64,000 nucleotides of DNA from Eledone cirrhosa. Lineage: Eukaryota. Made by a program: the position numbers and the translations under genes. Positions 62,101 through 64,000 of the stretch are shown here, piece by piece. The stretch spans positions 35,650,001 to 35,714,000 of the forward strand of contig OZ024743.1 of assembly GCA_964016885.1 (NCBI GenBank). The letters run 5' to 3'. How positions within the stretch are numbered: position 1 is the first letter of the stretch; the number at the start of each line of letters is the position of its first letter. Under the pieces are notes generated by a model. It had not been told where the DNA came from, did not search any database, and saw only the letters and a list, made by a program, of their open reading frames with translations.

Positions 62101-63180
62101 AAAACACTACACTGTGTCATTACTATACTCTGAAGACCTATAATATATAGAAACACTACACTGTGTCATTACTATACTCTGAAGACCTGTAATATATGGA
62201 AACACTACACTGTATCATTACTATACTCTGAAGACCTATAATATATAGAAACACTACACTGTGTCATTACTATACTCTGAAGAACTGTAAGATATAGAAA
62301 CACCACACTGTGTCATTACTATACTGTGAAGACCTGTAATATATAGAAACACCACACTGTGTCATTACTATACTGTGAAGACCTGTAAGATATAGAAACA
62401 CCACACTGTGTCATTACTATACTGTGAAGACCTGTAAGATATAGAAACGCTACACTGTATCATTACTATACTGTGAAGACCTGTAAGATATAGAAACGCT
62501 ACACTGTATCATTACTATACTGTGAAGACCTGTAAGATATAGAAACGCTACACTGTATCATTACTATACTCTGAAGACCTATAATATATAGAAACACTAC
62601 ACTGTGTCATTACTATACTGTGAAGACCTGTAATATATAGAAACACTACACTGTATCATTACTATACTGTGAAGACCTGTAAGATATAGAAACGCTACAC
62701 TGTATCATTACTATACTGTGAAGACCTGTAAGATATAGAAACGCTACACTGTATCATTACTATACTCTGAAGACCTATAATATATAGAAACACTACACTG
62801 TGTCATTACTATACTCTGAAGACCTATAATATATAGAAACACTACATTGTGTCCTTACTATACTCTGAAGAACTATAATATATAGAAACACCACACTGTG
62901 TCATTACTATACTCTGAAGACCTATAATATATAGAAACAATACACCGTGTCATTACTATACTGTGAAGACCTGTAAGATATAGAAACACTACACTGTGTC
63001 ATTACTATACTGTGAAGACCTGTAAGATATAGAAACACTACAATGTGTCATTACTATACTCTGAAGACATGTAATATATAGAAACACTACACTGTGTCAT
63101 TACTATACTCTGAAGACCTGTAAGATATAGAAACACTACACTGTGTCATTACTATACTATGAAGACCTGTAAGATATAGA
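55330..63180. repeat. Higher-order tandem duplication, period 3920 bp (80 monomers), junction near 59260
   Basis: TACACTGAAT at 55591/59511, GGCGTGTAAT at 56451/60371 and CACGGTATC at 56965/60885 are all offset by 3920 = 80x49. Confidence 0.92.
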
Positions 63181-64000
63181 AACACTACAATGTATCATTA
63201 CTATACTGTGAAGACCTGTAAGATATAGAAACACTACACTGTGTCATTACTATACTGTGAAGACCTGTAAGATATAGAAACACTACACTGTGTCATTACT
63301 ATACTCTGAAGACCTGTAAGATATAGAAACACTACACTGTGTCATTACTATACTCTGAAGACCTGTAAGATATAGAAACACTACACTGTGTCATTACCAT
63401 ACTCTGAAGACCTGTAAGATATAGAAACACTACACTGTGTCATTACTATAGTCTGAAGGCCTGTAATATATAGAAACACTACACTGTGTCATTACTATAC
63501 TCTGAAGACCTGTAAGATATAGAAACACTACACTGTGTCATTACTATACTCTGAAGACCTGTAAGATATAGAAACACTACACTGTGTCATTACTATAGTC
63601 TGAAGGCCTGTAATATATAGAAACACTACACTGTGTCATTACTATACTCTGAAGACCTGTAAAATATAGAAACACTACACTGTGTCATTACTATAGTCTG
63701 AAGGCCTGTAATATATAGAAACACTACACTGTGTCATTACTATACTCTGAAGACCTGTAAGATATAGAAACACTACACTGTGTCATTACTATACTCTGAA
63801 GACCTGTAAGATATAGAAACACTACACTGTGTCATTACTATACTCTGAAGACCTGTAAGATATAGAAACACTACACTGTGTCATTACTATACTCTGAAGA
63901 CCTGTAAGATATAGAAACACTACACTGTGTCATTACTATAGTCTGAAGGCCTGTAATATATAGAAACACTACACTGTGTCATTACTATACTCTGAAGACC

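Larger units (their letters stand above)
1..64000. repeat. Tandem satellite array, 49-bp monomer, about 1306 copies, single orientation, open at both window ends
   Basis: The consensus CTGTAAGATATAGAAACACTACACTGTGTCATTACTATACTGTGAAGAC recurs at 1, 50, 99 ... 63951. Common polymorphic monomer positions are 7 (G/T), 28 (G/A) and 42 (G/C). Phase arithmetic: 63,999 = 1306x49 + 9x(+1) + 2x(-2). Confidence 0.99.

Noticed and set aside
1-64000. CRISPR array or other repeat-spacer system
   Set aside because: Monomers abut directly with no unique spacers, variation is limited to point alleles, and there is no leader or cas gene.
1-64000. Programmed information, such as a variant code or a diversity-generating cassette library
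   Set aside because: The order of variants is explained by nested duplications. Changes are not adenine-specific, and no reverse transcriptase, recombinase or target gene is present.
1-64000. Telomeric repeat, rRNA/tRNA/snRNA tandem genes or plasmid iterons
   Set aside because: There is no G-rich strand, no recognisable RNA gene fold or Pol III boxes, and the scale and lack of a rep gene do not fit iterons.
1-64000. Synthetic sequence or rolling-circle amplification artefact
   Set aside because: Hierarchical shared variants and private differences between block copies fit natural evolution rather than copying of one circle. Mis-assembly of individual blocks is not excluded.

Overview
The whole 64-kb window is one uninterrupted, head-to-tail tandem array of a 49-bp AT-rich monomer (consensus CTGTAAGATATAGAAACACTACACTGTGTCATTACTATACTGTGAAGAC, 17/49 GC, no CpG). 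I see no genes, RNA genes, transposons, CRISPR spacers, inversions or unique flanks. Monomers start at positions 1 and 64000, and 63,999 = 1306 x 49 + 9 - 4. This fits 1306 monomers with only two length variants: a 50-bp A-tract unit (9 copies, all within 0.6-16.4 kb) and a 47-bp unit (2 copies). Rare point variants act as barcodes and show nested higher-order duplications of about 148/149, 90, 59, 94/95, 74, 47-49, 129, 54/55, 116 and 80 monomers, plus local 2-, 3- and 11-monomer periods. The ten listed ORFs are artefacts of the two length variants. This looks like eukaryotic satellite or minisatellite DNA (inference); I cannot name the family or organism. I found no evidence for a new protein-coding system, and the interest lies in array architecture and history. 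All comparisons were made by eye, so breakpoints are approximate to one or two monomers.
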